Positions 26,862 through 39,796 of a DNA stretch of 64,000 nt are shown piece after piece. Under the pieces are notes generated by a model. That model ran no database searches, was not told the DNA's origin, and saw nothing but the letters and a program-made list of their open reading frames with translations. The translations under genes and the position numbers were made by a program. Origin of the DNA: Dendrobates tinctorius (lineage: Eukaryota); assembly GCF_039654945.1 (NCBI RefSeq), contig NW_027361696.1:49228001-49292000 (forward strand), written 5' to 3'. Positions within the stretch are counted from its first letter, which is position 1; each line of letters opens with the position of its first letter.

Positions 26862-28244
26862 TCACACTCTGTCATCCTGCCAGTGTACTCTGCCTTGAGG
26901 TGACATAAAGTATAGTGCAAAATTGTCCCTCATTACTGAAACCGTCACAGAACTTCTAGTGGTAATGTTCTAGTAATCTTGCAAGGTGGTTTCTTCAGAG
27001 GTGTCCTCAATGGAAATGGGTTCCTTGCAGATAACAAAATTGTGGAGTACCACGCAAGCTTTGATCACCTCGTCCACAGTTTCTGTCTTGAGGTTGATCG
27101 CAGTCAATAGGACCCGCCATTTGGCTGTCAGAATACCAAAGGTACATTCAACCATTCTTCTTGCTCTTGTGAGGCGGTAATTAAAAATGTATTTTGTTCT
27201 TGACAATCCTCTGCTACCGTACGGTTTCAAAAGGTGTTCTGACAGCTGGAAGGCTTCATCCCCTACACAGACAAATGGCATAGGTGGTCCAGATATTTGC
27301 GGCAGCGGTCTAGGGCATGGGAACTGGAAGGTGTTTCCATACAGTTTACGCCCCATGGCAGACAGTTTGAAAACTTGAGAGTCATTTGAGCGACCATAGG
27401 CCCCAATATCAACAGCAATAAATTTGTATTCCGCGTCAGCGATGGCCATGAGGACAATTGAAAAATATTTCTTGTAATTGAAATATTCCGATCCCGATCC
27501 AGCTGGCTTTACAATGCGGATATGTTTCCCGCCCACAGCGCCCAAGCAGTTCGGAAACTGACATATCTGTTGAAACTTTTCTGAAATTTCAATCCACCTC
27601 TCTGTTGTGGGCTCTGGTAAAAACTCTTCAGCTAAGGAGTCCCACAGTGCACGGCATGTGTAATTCACTATTCCAGATATGGTGGAAATCCCGAGTCTGT
27701 ACTGGAAATGCAGTGACGAAAGGGATTCTCCAGTTGCAAGAAATCTGTGGGGAATTAAAAAACAATCAATTAGTTTAAAATAACAGCATTACATACCAAA
27801 ACTCAGCTATAACACTTGGAGATACAAACTACCACCAACAAGATTGCAGTGAAAGTGTGCTCTGATGCGAGCATATCCAATAAATGTGGCTTACCTTAAA
27901 GTCACCATCAGACGCTCTGCGGGTGAAACAGAGAAGCGGCAATAGGTGTCCGATTTTCTTATGAGGTGTGCAATGCGCTCCACCAAGTAATCAAAATTCT
28001 CCATTTTCATCCGAACATATCCAAAAAATTTCTCTGGGTTTCGTCTAAGGTCCATGCAGAGTGTAGAATAGACCCCACGCGTCATTCTCTTGGCTGTGAT
28101 GGGGTGGATCCACAAACGTCGTCTACGATGCCTGATGTGCTGCTGTCTCGCTCTCTCCTTCTCCAGAACAATCACCCTCAAACGATTCGCCTCCGCTGTA
28201 AAATCCGCCAAATTCTTCAAAATATTTCCAATCACAACATCCAT
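26862..28244 (-). pseudogene. Harbinger DDE transposase, defective
   Basis: Exons 28244-27895 and 27744-26862 (RLMVTLR|FLATG); FPNCLGAVGGKH (catalytic D changed to G), NYKKYFSIVL, GDEAF, RRMVECTFG, CVVLHNF; premature TAG at 26970. Confidence 0.9.
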
Positions 28245-28590
28245 CTTCGCCAGTCACTTGCTCTTCTCTCCAACCTGCACTTTCTCCTCTACAACCTGTC
28301 AAAGAAGGGCTGTAGGAACACGGTATATATAGTTTTTCAGCAGCCAATCCCGTTCGGAAGGCCACAAGGGGCCTTTTTAAAAACCGGATCTGGCGTAATC
28401 TGTCGAAAAACGGATCGAAAACAGGATGAACCGGATGAGACGGATCCGGTTTTGGCTGTCATGCGCAAGACGGATCCGGCAGAAAACCGGATCCGTCACA
28501 TCCGGTTTTACAAAACATTTGCCGGATCCGGCGCTCCGGCACGACGCCGGAACGCGCCTGACGGCGAAAACCTGATGTGTGAAAGTAGCC

Positions 28591-31500
28591 TTACAGACCA
28601 AGATCTCATCATAGATAGGATCCACAGACTTCCCAAACCACAGAATATCGATAAAGATCTACCTAGAGATACCATCTTATGGGTACACTTCTTCAAGATT
28701 AAGGAAAAAATTCAACAATCGGTTAAAGATCTAGGAGGTTTTCCAGAACCCTATGCTCACCTTCCGCTATTTACGGATCTTTCAAAGGAAACGACTGAAG
28801 GAAGAAAGTCTTTTAAGCCAGTCACTTCCACCTTGAGGGAAAATAATATCCCCTATAAATGGGGCTTCCCACTTAAACTTTGGATAATCTACAAAGGAAA
28901 GATGACCGTCCTATTCTCACCTAAAGAAGGAAGAGATTTCCTGTCCTACTACAGGATACCTGACTGCCATAAAATCTCCAACTCTCAAGACCCTGGGCCC
29001 TCGTCAGAGAAGGGATGATCCAACGGAGAGACCTAGCCAATATATTTACTCACCTTGTTATAAGGCCTCTCTACACTTCTTGATTATTTGGTCAATGTAT
29101 TGTACTGTACTGCTTATTATTCTTCTTTCCACAGGTTTTCTCACTTCTCTACTACTTTATGGACTCATATATCACATGAGATTATTTTCCTTCTGGGAAT
29201 AGTGTTGTTATGCCAAAGGATGCCTCCAATGGGATCCATACACAAACTTTCCCCACTAAGGAATTAGAGCCTTCTGGATCAGCTCTTCCTGAAGGACAAT
29301 TTTGTTCTTATTGTTTTTGTGTCTCTTTTGGTTTTGGTTTCAAATAGGTAAATAGTTTGAGGTTTTTGGACAACTAAGTTCTACAAAGGTAGGTGCACTC
29401 TGGTTTCTGCATTTCCTCTACCCCACTTCATACGAACCCAGCCATTCTTGTAACATGAAAATAAAATTCGCATCATACAATGTCAGGGGGCTAAATAGCC
29501 CTTGGAAGAGATTTTCCATTGGTAGGGAGATTAACGGGATGCATCCTGAGGTTGTATGCCTTCAGGAAACCAATTTAAAAAAAGACAACCACCCTTCTAT
29601 AAATCTCAAAAATTTCCCATTTGTATTTGAATTTTGCGGCCCACGAAAGAAAGCTGGGGTTTTAACCTTGATTAGTAACTCAATTTCCTTTGAATTGCTT
29701 TCTGAAGTAAAAGACGAAAAAGGACATTATCATATTCTCCTGTGCAAATTGAACGGCCAAACCTTCACAATAGTTAATACTTATGTTCCCACCATCAGAC
29801 AAATTAGCTTCCTGAATTAGCTAATGAAAAAATTAGACACCTTACGATCAGGAACCCTACTTTTGTTACGGGACTGTGACGGACTCAGCTCCTGCTGAGC
29901 CCATTTTTTGAGTGGACCCTCTGGGTCATGGCACCCACCCACCGAGGGCGAGCTTACCTTGTGAGAATCCACCCCCTGTACAGGGAGTGTCAGGGGCAAG
30001 ACCAAGGGGGTGAGCCACCACGACTGCTGGGACCAGACGGCCGGCTCAGGGGACACTAGACGAGTGTCTGACGACAAGGACAAGCAGGAAGCAAGACGAG
30101 ACAAGACATAGGTGCAAGGTAACTTCATTAGGATAACATACAGTGTAAACAAGCAAACGTGCAAGGTGCGCGCGTGGGCACGCCAAGGTCCATAGAATGG
30201 TACGTGCCAGGTGGCACGCCTAGGTACAGGTATCGGCACGATGGCATCGGACTCCGGACTGCTGGCAACGATCGACATCATCAAGGCATCAGGCTGCGGA
30301 CATCAGCTCCGGACGTCAGGCTGCAGTCATCCAGCTCATGATCTCTGGCAGCGATCGGCAGGTTCCGGGCATCCGGCAGGCAAACCAGGTTCCAGGCAAG
30401 GAGGCACGACAGATATCCGGGCATGGTGCGTGATAGGGAACACGCCGAGGTCCAAGGCTAGGTGCGTGTGTAGGGGACACGCCAGGGTTCAAAGCTAGGT
30501 GCGTGTGTAGGGGACACGCCAGGGTTCAAAGCTAGGTGCACGTGTAGGGGACACGCCAGGGTTCACAGACAAGACACGCCAAGGCATGAGACAGAGTGCG
30601 AGTGTAGACACACGCCAAGGCACAAGGTACGAGACAGAGTGCGTGTGTAGAGACACGCCAAGGCATGAGACAGAGTGCGTGTGTAGAGACACGCCAAGGC
30701 ACAAGGTACGAGACAGAGTCCTAGGCGTGCAAAGGGCACGCCAGGGTCAGGCGAGGCAGAGTCCTGCGCGTGCAGAGAGGCACGCCAGGAACAGGGTTCA
30801 AGGACCAGGTTAGGACCTGTGCGTGCAAGAGGGCATGACAGGGTACATGGCCAAACCTGCGCGTACTATTATAGAAGCACGGGGAGGTATGCCATGGGCA
30901 GGCGAGGGCCTGCACATGCTTTAGAGAGCACGCAGAGCACAGTGTGGAAACAGCGTGAAGTGCAAGGGAGCACAGAGGGCACGGCTGGGGCACTGGCTAG
31001 CTGATCGGGCTGCGGCACTGACAGACGGGCAAGACTCCAGCAAACCCGACTGAGGCATGGCAGGCGACACAGCTGTCACTTACCGACGAGCACGGCTGAG
31101 GCACAAGCAGGCGGGCACGGCTAGGGCGCACACGGCTGAGGCACAAACAGGAGGCTAGGAAGGCCAGGCGCATGCAAAGAGCATACGAAGAAACAGAGCA
31201 AGGGAAGACAAGACGAGAAACAAGGCAGGGCTTAAGCAGAGTACAGAACCAGGAACGGAAGCAAATCAGAGCAAGAACAGAGCTAGCAGCGGAGCGTAGG
31301 CCGAAGCCCAGAGCCGGGCCAAGGGAGAACCTTGGGACTAGCCTAGAAACGTGCAAGAGAGCACAATAGGAAAGAGTGTAGCAGCGGAGCGTAGGCAAAG
31401 CCCAGAGCCGGGCCAAGGGAGAACCTTGGGACTAGACATGGAAAAGAGAAGAGGAAGGGTGCGTGTGCCAGGGAGCACAACAGAGCACCATAGGAGAGAG

Positions 31501-34040
31501 CGAGGCAGAGCAAGCAAAGACCATAGGGAAAAACAAGGCAGAGCAAGACAAGGTACGGAACAAGGCATAGCGAAAACAGGCAAGGCAGAGAAACAGAAGG
31601 ACTACAAGTCCAAGCAGGACAAAGACGAACATGGCACAACAGACAAACATAAGACAAGGCACAGGACAAGAGATGGAGTACGGGCACGGAGCGTGTGCAG
31701 AGACGCACGACAGGGCAGAGTGCAAGGGCACAGAATAGAGGGAGTGCCCCACAGACCAAGCAGCCATGCAGGGACACCACACAATACTCAGGCCCTGAGC
31801 AAAGGAAGGGGCGGCCTGATATAGGGCATAGCACCTCCTCTTCCAGGTCAGGACCAGGGGAGCACTTCCGGGTTCAGATCCACAGGATAACAGAGCACAG
31901 TCACATGATCAGAGTTCCAGACATGACGAGACGACTGCAGATCCAGTGCTGAAACCTAGACAGGTCACATGATCAGAGTTCTAGACATGACGAGATGATT
32001 ACCGAACCAGACAGTGCAGGATCTTTAGGAAATGTCACATGATCAGCGTTCCAGACATGACGAGATGATTGCAGAACCAGACAGTGCAGGATCCAGGCAG
32101 GGACACATGATCAGGGACTCTAGACAAGACGAGAAGATCACAGAAGGCAGAGCAGAAACGCAGGCATCCTGCAGCTCAGACATGAGGTGAGAGTGCACAC
32201 TGCTCTAGTGAACATGCAGGACAGCAGACAAGATATGCGCATGCACATCGCTCCAGGAGTTCTTGAGACAAAACAGACATGGCAGACATGGCGGACATGA
32301 CAGGGACTTTAATATGGTGCCAGATGGTGTACTAGACTCCACCTCTCCCAGCAGACAAAAAATGCAATCCTTGAACAGCTGGATTTATAATCACGAGCTA
32401 TTCGATTCATTCCGCTGTTTGAACACCACATCTAGAGAATTTACTCATTTTTCTGATGGCCATCAGTCGGCATCTAGAATAGATCTGATACTCTCAGATG
32501 TCTTCTCCTTGCCAAGGTTCTCCTCCAGCTCCATACTTAATAAATCTATTTCAGATCATTCCCCGGTAACTGCAGAACTGATAATAGGGTCCCCAATTCA
32601 TGTGGAAATTCAACTCCTCTCTGCTTTATAACCCCACCATCAAATCTGAAATCAGCTCAGCCTTATAAAATTATTTTAGTGAAAACGAATCAAACCTCTT
32701 CAGTCCGTTTACCTATTGGAATGCTCACAAGGCGGTGTTGAGGGGAGTCTTGATTCAAATTTCCTCCAGACAAAAGAAAATTAATAGGGATAAAATCCTT
32801 ACCCTACAACAGTCTATTAAATCTAAAGAAGAGGAACTATCTTGATCCTCTGTTTCCTCTAACAAACAAGCTGTATTATCAGAACTTACTGATCTCAGGT
32901 TGCAGTTAAGGAAAATCATATTCAATTTTTACGACTCAGCTATTAGATCAGCAAAATGCAAACATTACTTATCTATAAATCGCCCTTCAAAATACATGTC
33001 AAACAGAATTAAGAATATACGGAAACGGAATAGAATTGACAGTATAACGTCCTCTAATGGTACATCCCTGGTCCACCCTAAAGATATTGTAGGAGCTTTT
33101 GCCGATTATTACAAAAATCTGTACAATATCAACCAAGACCACCACAATATGCAGCCATCTACCTCAGAGATTGGATCATTTCTTTCCAGCATGAACCTTC
33201 CAAAGCTTAACCCTGAAGACTTATCATTTTTGCCTTCTCCCTTCAATGTACAAGAAGTCCTAGATACTATAAAAAAACTTAAAACATTCAAATCACCCGG
33301 CCCAGACGGGTTTAGTAATGATTATTTCAAGTCTTTTAGTAATATATTAACCCCCCACCTTGTCAAAGTATTTAACTCAGCTTTCCAAACAGGTCAATTT
33401 CCTAAAGAGATGCTGGAAGCGACAATTATCGTAATCCCAAAACCAAATTCTGACACTAGCCAAATTTTTAATTATAGACCTATATCCCTTATCAATACAG
33501 ACGTAAAAATGTATGCAAAGATCCTGGCCAATAGACTAAATCAATTCCTCCCGAGTTTAATTTCCAATGATCAGATAGGGTTCATCAAAGGAAGACAATC
33601 CATAGATGGTGCGAGAAGACTCATTAACATAATTAAGCTTATTTCCTCGAACAAACTCAGGGCCATTGTTACTCTCTTGATGCTGAGAAAGTGTTTGACT
33701 GCCTTAATTGGTCATATCTCGAAGCAACTCTCAAAAAATTTGGAATGGCTTCTCAGATCACGAGAGGTATTATGGCTTTGTACTCCGGCCCTGGTGCGAG
33801 GGTTTATTCCAACAATCATCTTTCCTCTACGTTTAATATAGCTAATGGGACCAGACAGGGTTGCCCATTCTCACCATTGCTTTTTGCATTAGCTATTGAA
33901 CCTCTGGCCCAACTTATCAGGAGCAGCACAAAGATCTCGGGAATCAAAACTTTGCACAGAGATTTTAAAATAGCATTGTATGCAGACGATATTATTCTTA
34001 CCCTCACAGATCCAAGCCACTCTATCTCTGCCTTCCAGGA
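28591..34040 (+). mobile_element. L1-clade LINE, degenerate and interrupted
   Basis: ORF1 C-terminus (IDRIHRL...YKWGFP, to 29018); ORF2 APE endonuclease SYNVRGLN/LQET from 29455, resuming GDFN/SRID/SDH after 32302; RT motifs KSPGPDG, YRPISL, GTRQGCP, LYADD; stops and frameshifts. Confidence 0.92.
29864..32302. mobile_element. Non-coding LTR-type insertion (TG...CA) with internal tandem repeats, splitting L1 ORF2
   Basis: Begins TGTTACG, ends CATGACA, and interrupts the L1 endonuclease just before its GDFN motif; no TSD seen. Confidence 0.6.
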
Positions 34041-35089
34041 CTTTTCCAGCACTATCAGCATTTTGTTTATATACTCGAGTGTCATCTGCTTTATTTTTTG
34101 CTTTGGCATTTACTTTGTTTGCACAGTGCTGATAATTGCTTGAACATTATCTCGAAAATTCTTTTCTCCTCCGGCTCTTACTAGCATTCAGATTATTCTG
34201 TGCCGTTAGTTGTGCCCAATATTCCTGCATTATGGCACATATTATGTTTGTATTCGGCGTTGGCAACACTTATACTACTATCTTTTACCTGTTACTCTAC
34301 TTGATACTTTATATCACACATATTTTGTGGTTTTCATAGATCTTGGATCATTTTTTGATGTCTTACAGAAAATATTTTGCTAGCCTGGAATCATTATTAA
34401 TAGGATATTAAACTTCTGCTCTTTGGAATGACAAGGTTTTTTCGTCGTATTCTGGGTGACTGTATTTAGTCTTGTATGACTTTTTAATTGTTTTTATGAT
34501 TTGTTGAAGCTTGTACTAATAAAGAATTTACTATCTTTTGATGATCCCTGATTACTGCTTTTTTTTTTGTTTTTTTCTTTTTTTTGTATTCTACTCAATG
34601 TGTTTTACATGTTGTAGGTGATCCGGCACATATTTCCAGTGGTGCCCTCTGCTTTTTCCTCTTTTGTTAGTTTGAGCTGTAGACCCCGGACATTATACAG
34701 ATGTCCGAAGAATGTTACCGACAAGCTCATCCTGCCTCCACCCTCTGTCCTTGAACTCTCTCTCACACTACCGTTATCTAATCTAATCAGGAAGTCCTCA
34801 GCCTTTTTATATGACCTGACCCCTCTCATGCTGGGTTGGTCCCAAACATTTAACTGTATCCTACACTCTTCTGTACATTATTTCCTACTGCTAATATGCC
34901 CACTACTGCGTATTTCCCTATTTACTATGCATTACTAACATTGTGTATTGTTTATATTACATTACAATAACCACATCAATTAGTGCTCGTAAGGTTCTAT
35001 GTATTTTCTCATATTACAACACTCAATAAAATATAATAAAATCACTTCACAAAACACACATTTTTCAAATGTTGTCTTAGAAGAGGGAG

Positions 35090-35610
35090 GGCATATGACC
35101 ATTCCGGTCACACCCTTACAACCCCTCAGTAACCCCCACACCACTTTAGTAGCCCTCACTCTGTATCATGGCCTCTTTAGTAGCCCCTCACTGTATCTTG
35201 GCCGTCTTAGTCACCTTCACACTGTATCATGGAACCCTTGGTAGTACTCACACTCTATGATGGCACTCTTAATAGCACCCACACTATGATGACCCCCACC
35301 AGGTTTTAAGGAACGCCTTAGTAGCCCTGACTATGTATGGTGGCCTCCCCATAGTAGCCCCCACTATTTATGAAGACCTCTCTAGTAGCCCACACTATTT
35401 ATGTGGGCCTCCTCAGTAAACTCCACTATTTAAGAAGACCTCTCTAGTAGCCCACACTATTTATGTGGGCCTCCTCAGTAACCCCCACTGTTTATGAAGA
35501 CCTTTCTAGTAGCCCCCACTATTTATAAAGACCTCTCTAGTAGCCCCACTATTTATGGCAGCCTTCTTAGTAGCCCCCACTATTTATGCAGGCCCCCTTA
35601 CTAGCCCCCA
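35090..35610. repeat. ~30-bp minisatellite
   Basis: Tandem TAGTAGCCC(C)CACTATTTATGAAGACCTCTC. Confidence 0.75.
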
Positions 35611-37126
35611 GACAAAAAAAATACATAATTTTAAATGAAAAAAATAAAACATCATACACTCACTTTACCCTGGCAGGCCCCGAACAGACTAACCTGGTGC
35701 ATGTCAATGCTCAAAGATGTCGTTGCATCACTATGCTGTCATCATCATCGCACATGCCATTCTGTAGGTTGATCTGGTCTGCCATTCTTTGCATCATATC
35801 TGCAGTCCACTTGAGACTTTTTATTGATTAATGTTAGGGTTGTTATGTGAACCCTACATCTTGGCGAACATCAATCTTTATATGGGATTGGGTCTGATCC
35901 TATCTATATGTATATATGATCCTACAGCCAGCAGGGATATCTACCTAAAATAGTCGATCCTACCCCTAGAGAGGTGCTTTAAACGCACATCCCCCTTTTT
36001 TTGCTCATAGGTATCAATAATTTAGTTTTGGCTAGGGTTGTTTTTTTGCTTTTTTAATTGTATTTAATAAAGATTGAGTTTTTAGGGGGTTTCTTTGTAA
36101 GCCTTATTGAATATTAGCCCTCCTATGGTCATCTATTTGTGAAAGCTGTTATTGCATGCTACCAAATCTATTCTACCATAGCTGAGCTGCAATACCAAAC
36201 ACAACCTGTAGACAAACATGGCGCTGTTTTTGGAAACCAGTTTGTTTGGGTTTATTTGTTTGGATTTTTTTTTAACCCTGTGCAAACTAAATTATTACAT
36301 GAGAAATACATTTGCAAGGTTTCAGATGGAATATTAAACTGTTAAATATGCCTATATCCAGTTTTTGCTCTGGAGAACTGCATATTATTCATGGACATCT
36401 TTGGCTTTGTCAAAAAAATATCTGCAGCACTGTTAGGGGGCAAATGTGTTAATTTTACCCCAATACTATAAGCCATTCTTCTCCCTCAATACATACAAGA
36501 ACTGTACATTTCATCACTTATATGTGTAATGCATTATTTTCCCTGCTGAGGTGCTGCAAAGGAATAAAACACTTTCTTCTAGTTTCCAAATAAATAATAG
36601 TTAATACTCAGTTAAACTTCTACCATTGTAATAGAAGTAAATTTTATTTCAATAGTAGCAATTGTTTTAATTGTTGTTGTTTTTTCATATATGCAGATAA
36701 AAATAAGAAACTTTGTCACTTATTTTATCAGAGAAATTGACTTCTTTCTCCACAAGGGCTCTTTCATTTTTAACGTATTCACTTCTTGGGTAAAATGTGT
36801 CTTCAGTGAATCCAGACTTTCCCATTACTGAGATAGGAAATGTCAGTTGGTGCTCATAAAGTTCTATGGAGAAATGGCATAGATTCTAGCTCCTCCCTCC
36901 TCCATAGAATTTTAAAAGCACCGACTGTCATCTCTTATCTCAGTAATGGGAACCACTGTCTTCAATGAACACAGAATTTACAGATTTTTTTACCCCTGAA
37001 TCTTGAAAGGATGATCAGTCCAGGAGGAGAAAGAATCTGATTTCTCTAAGAAGATGTATTGCAAAGCTTATATTTTTATATGCAGTATTGATTTATGAAA
37101 TAAAAATTGAAACAGTGTTTACTCTT

Positions 37127-38595
37127 TAAAGGAACACTCGAAGGAAAACTGTTAAAGCATCTCTTTCCTGGTGAAGCATGACACTGGTATGCTCTGTCCC
37201 TCGGGCGATGCACAAGGTAGAACACATTGTATCTGTTTGGCTCAGAATGTTCTTTGATCCTTCCATTGTCCTTACTGACAGTCTAGTTTTTCCAGTCACT
37301 GTCTACAATCTTGCATTATTACCTTTGGTACTGTTATTATTCGTATTTCCTCTTTTGATTACTGGATTGGTCATATCGCTTTGGTATGCAGTTCTTTTGA
37401 TTGTAGGAACATATTCTTCCCAGTTGTGTTCTCCATAAGCGGGAACACATTGTTTCTGCCAGTCAATGAAGTGTTTGCCTCGGCTGCCTTTTGGTGCCAA
37501 CTTGTGAGTTACTTCTGTGGCATCTGTCTATTTAAAGGGAATTAAAATAAAGATTTTAAGGGTAGGGCATCGTAAATGTCAAGAAATAACCATTACGTAC
37601 CTTTCGAGCACTCTGCTCTCGCACCTTGGTGGTCCTCTCCAGTTCTGCAAGGATTATGTGGCATCTGTCTATTTAAAAGGAATTAAAATAAAGATTTTAA
37701 GGGTAGGGCATCGTAAATGTCAAGAAATAACCATTACGTACCTTTTGAGCACTCTGCTCTCGCACCTTGGTGGTCCTCTCCTGTTCTGCAAGGATTATGT
37801 GGCATGCATCATTTACAAGTACCTGTGCAGACAATCATTGACCTTAGCAGTGATGTCTGTATGTAAGGCAACATCCCATTGGACCAGAGACCAGAGATTG
37901 GCTGCACCAGTCACATGAATGGTTGGCAGAGTGTCGTCACTGTAGGGTAGGAGGGGACCACTGGCCTATTGGTTCTGGAGCCATTGTCATCCGGGAAGTA
38001 TTAGTTATATCACTTATTTATAATATTTCTCATACTGTGCCAAGTTTCCCCCAAATGCCCCCAAAAACCACTCTAATTCTCAACTTATCAAGTTGTTGTC
38101 ACCTATCCAGCACTGGTAACCCCACCAATTCCAAGAACGGAGATCTGAAATGTACCACTGGAAAGGAGTAATGGTTGCACATGTCTATCTCCATAGACCA
38201 TGAAAGGTGCAGTGTCACGTGGCATATTCAGTGGCTGCTCCATTCTACCGGGGCATTTCAGATCACTGTTCTCATTGATTCCAGTCATAGCAGTAAGTTG
38301 TTACCTATTCCGTAGATATATGGAAACTTGGCACATTGAGAATAGCCCTTTAATTATTATAGAATCCATTAATTTTATTTGCAAATGTATTAAATTGAAA
38401 AAATGTAATGAGTCAGAAGATATGACCAACTGGTTTGTTTTGCTTGGTTGTAATTGATTATGTACTCACAGGATGAGCATGGACAGTCTTTCTTCATTCT
38501 CTCTGTTTTTGGTGAATTTGGCTTTCAGTTGAAGACTCAAGCGGATATGAACTGGCACATGAGGCATCAGGAGAATCCATAGGCGAGCCAGGGAC
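37127..38595 (-). pseudogene. Putative decayed exons of an unidentified minus-strand gene
   Basis: Candidate phase-0 exons 38595-38470 (126 nt, one TGA), 37822-37742 (81 nt, open) and 37527-~37127 (one internal TAG), with strong pyrimidine-AG and GTGAGT/GTACGT sites; no recognisable domain. Confidence 0.35.
37516..37805. repeat. 141-bp tandem duplication
   Basis: TGTGGCAT at 37516, 37657 and 37798; units nearly identical. Confidence 0.9.
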
Positions 38596-39670
38596 CTGAA
38601 ACAACAATTTTTAGAAGAAATAAAGGAGCGATGCATCTGTTCCAGTTACTATTACTTCAATCTTCTTTCTTTTGCTGGGCTCACTTTATCTAAGACTAGA
38701 GTCTCCCTGATGAAGCTCACATGTTATGCTAAACACACTTTGAGTTCTGTGACCATTCTGTTACACAACCTTATTATTACTTTAATATTTCTGTTTATGT
38801 TCGTACTTTCTAATTTTATTTTTTGCGTTTATGTATATTTTGATTTCATATGTACAATTTTGTCAAATTTTTCACAACTTTCTTTACACTTTCTTTGCAA
38901 ACCTGCTACTTTCTGTATCGGATTCCACTTTGAATGATTTTAACTCATTGATGCACATTTTGCACCTAACCATTTTTTTTGACACAGCTGCATATGGCCG
39001 GGTACCTTAGGGCCTCCACATTCTTTCCTTTTTTCCCTGTTTTTGTTTATATATTTTCTTGTAATGTACAGTAATAGAGAATTTAGCTTTTATTTCCAAA
39101 TCATATGCATCTTTTTCTGTTGGTGTTTTACAATCTCAGTTGGTGAAATTGAACGTATAAGTAACACCAAACTCTGGACAAAGTCCGACTCTTTTCAAAC
39201 TGGGACCTGAACAAATTAGGTGGGACCTATTTCAAAAATTCAGTACCGTTCCTTCGTTATATGATCTATAAAGGTAAGTTATTGCCTCTCCACTTCTGAA
39301 ACCCCCACCGATTTCGAGAATGCAGCTCTAAAATGCCCCACTGGAATGGAGTGGTAGCCGCATATATGCTCCACTGCACCACCGATGGTCTATGAGACTG
39401 CCAGAAAGGAGCTTCCACCACTCGGCTTTACCAGGCAGTTCATAAACAATAAACTTTAGGGCCAATATGAGACAATAATATTTTTAAAGGGATGAGTAAT
39501 AAGATTTTACATTATAACAGTAGATGTCCATCCTTGGTGTTACTGTAGACTCTAGGTCATCATGTCATGTGGATCAAGTAATTAATTCTTAACATAATTA
39601 ATGTGTTGAAACGTCAGAACGGCTAATCTTACAGGTGGAATTTGACCTGGACAACTTCCTTGTAATTGGA

Positions 39671-39677
39671 TATAAAA
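39671..39677 (+). promoter_or_regulatory. TATA box of gene B
   Basis: TATAAAA 74 nt upstream of an ATG in GCCACCATG context. Confidence 0.7.
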
Positions 39678-39744
39678 AGGAGATACAGAACAAACATCAA
39701 AGGTGGGAACTAGAGCTCTGACCTCCTCAATCCCTCCTGCCACC

Positions 39745-39796
39745 ATGAAGAACTTCTCAGGGATCGTAATCATGTTCTTCATCTACATCACAACTG
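39745..39796 (+). CDS. Gene B exon 1 (signal peptide)
   Basis: GCCACCATG, MKNFSGIVIMFFIYITT, donor GTAAGA. Confidence 0.9.

Larger units (their letters stand above)
24026..28590. mobile_element. PIF/Harbinger transposon with two convergent genes; left end not found
   Basis: Right TIR GTGTGAAAGTAGCC followed by TTA; subterminal CCGGATCCG repeats; transposase gene plus MADF gene. Confidence 0.9.

Noticed and set aside
26862-28244. Domesticated HARBI1 gene
   Set aside because: It lies inside a TIR-bounded element with a MADF partner and has inactivating mutations.
27966-29018. 350-aa ORF as a novel gene
   Set aside because: Chance chimera of the Harbinger antisense strand and terminus with the L1 ORF1 C-terminus.
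29817-31952. Many overlapping Cys/Arg-rich ORFs
   Set aside because: Low-complexity purine-skewed repeats inside the LTR-type insert; no gag or pol motifs.
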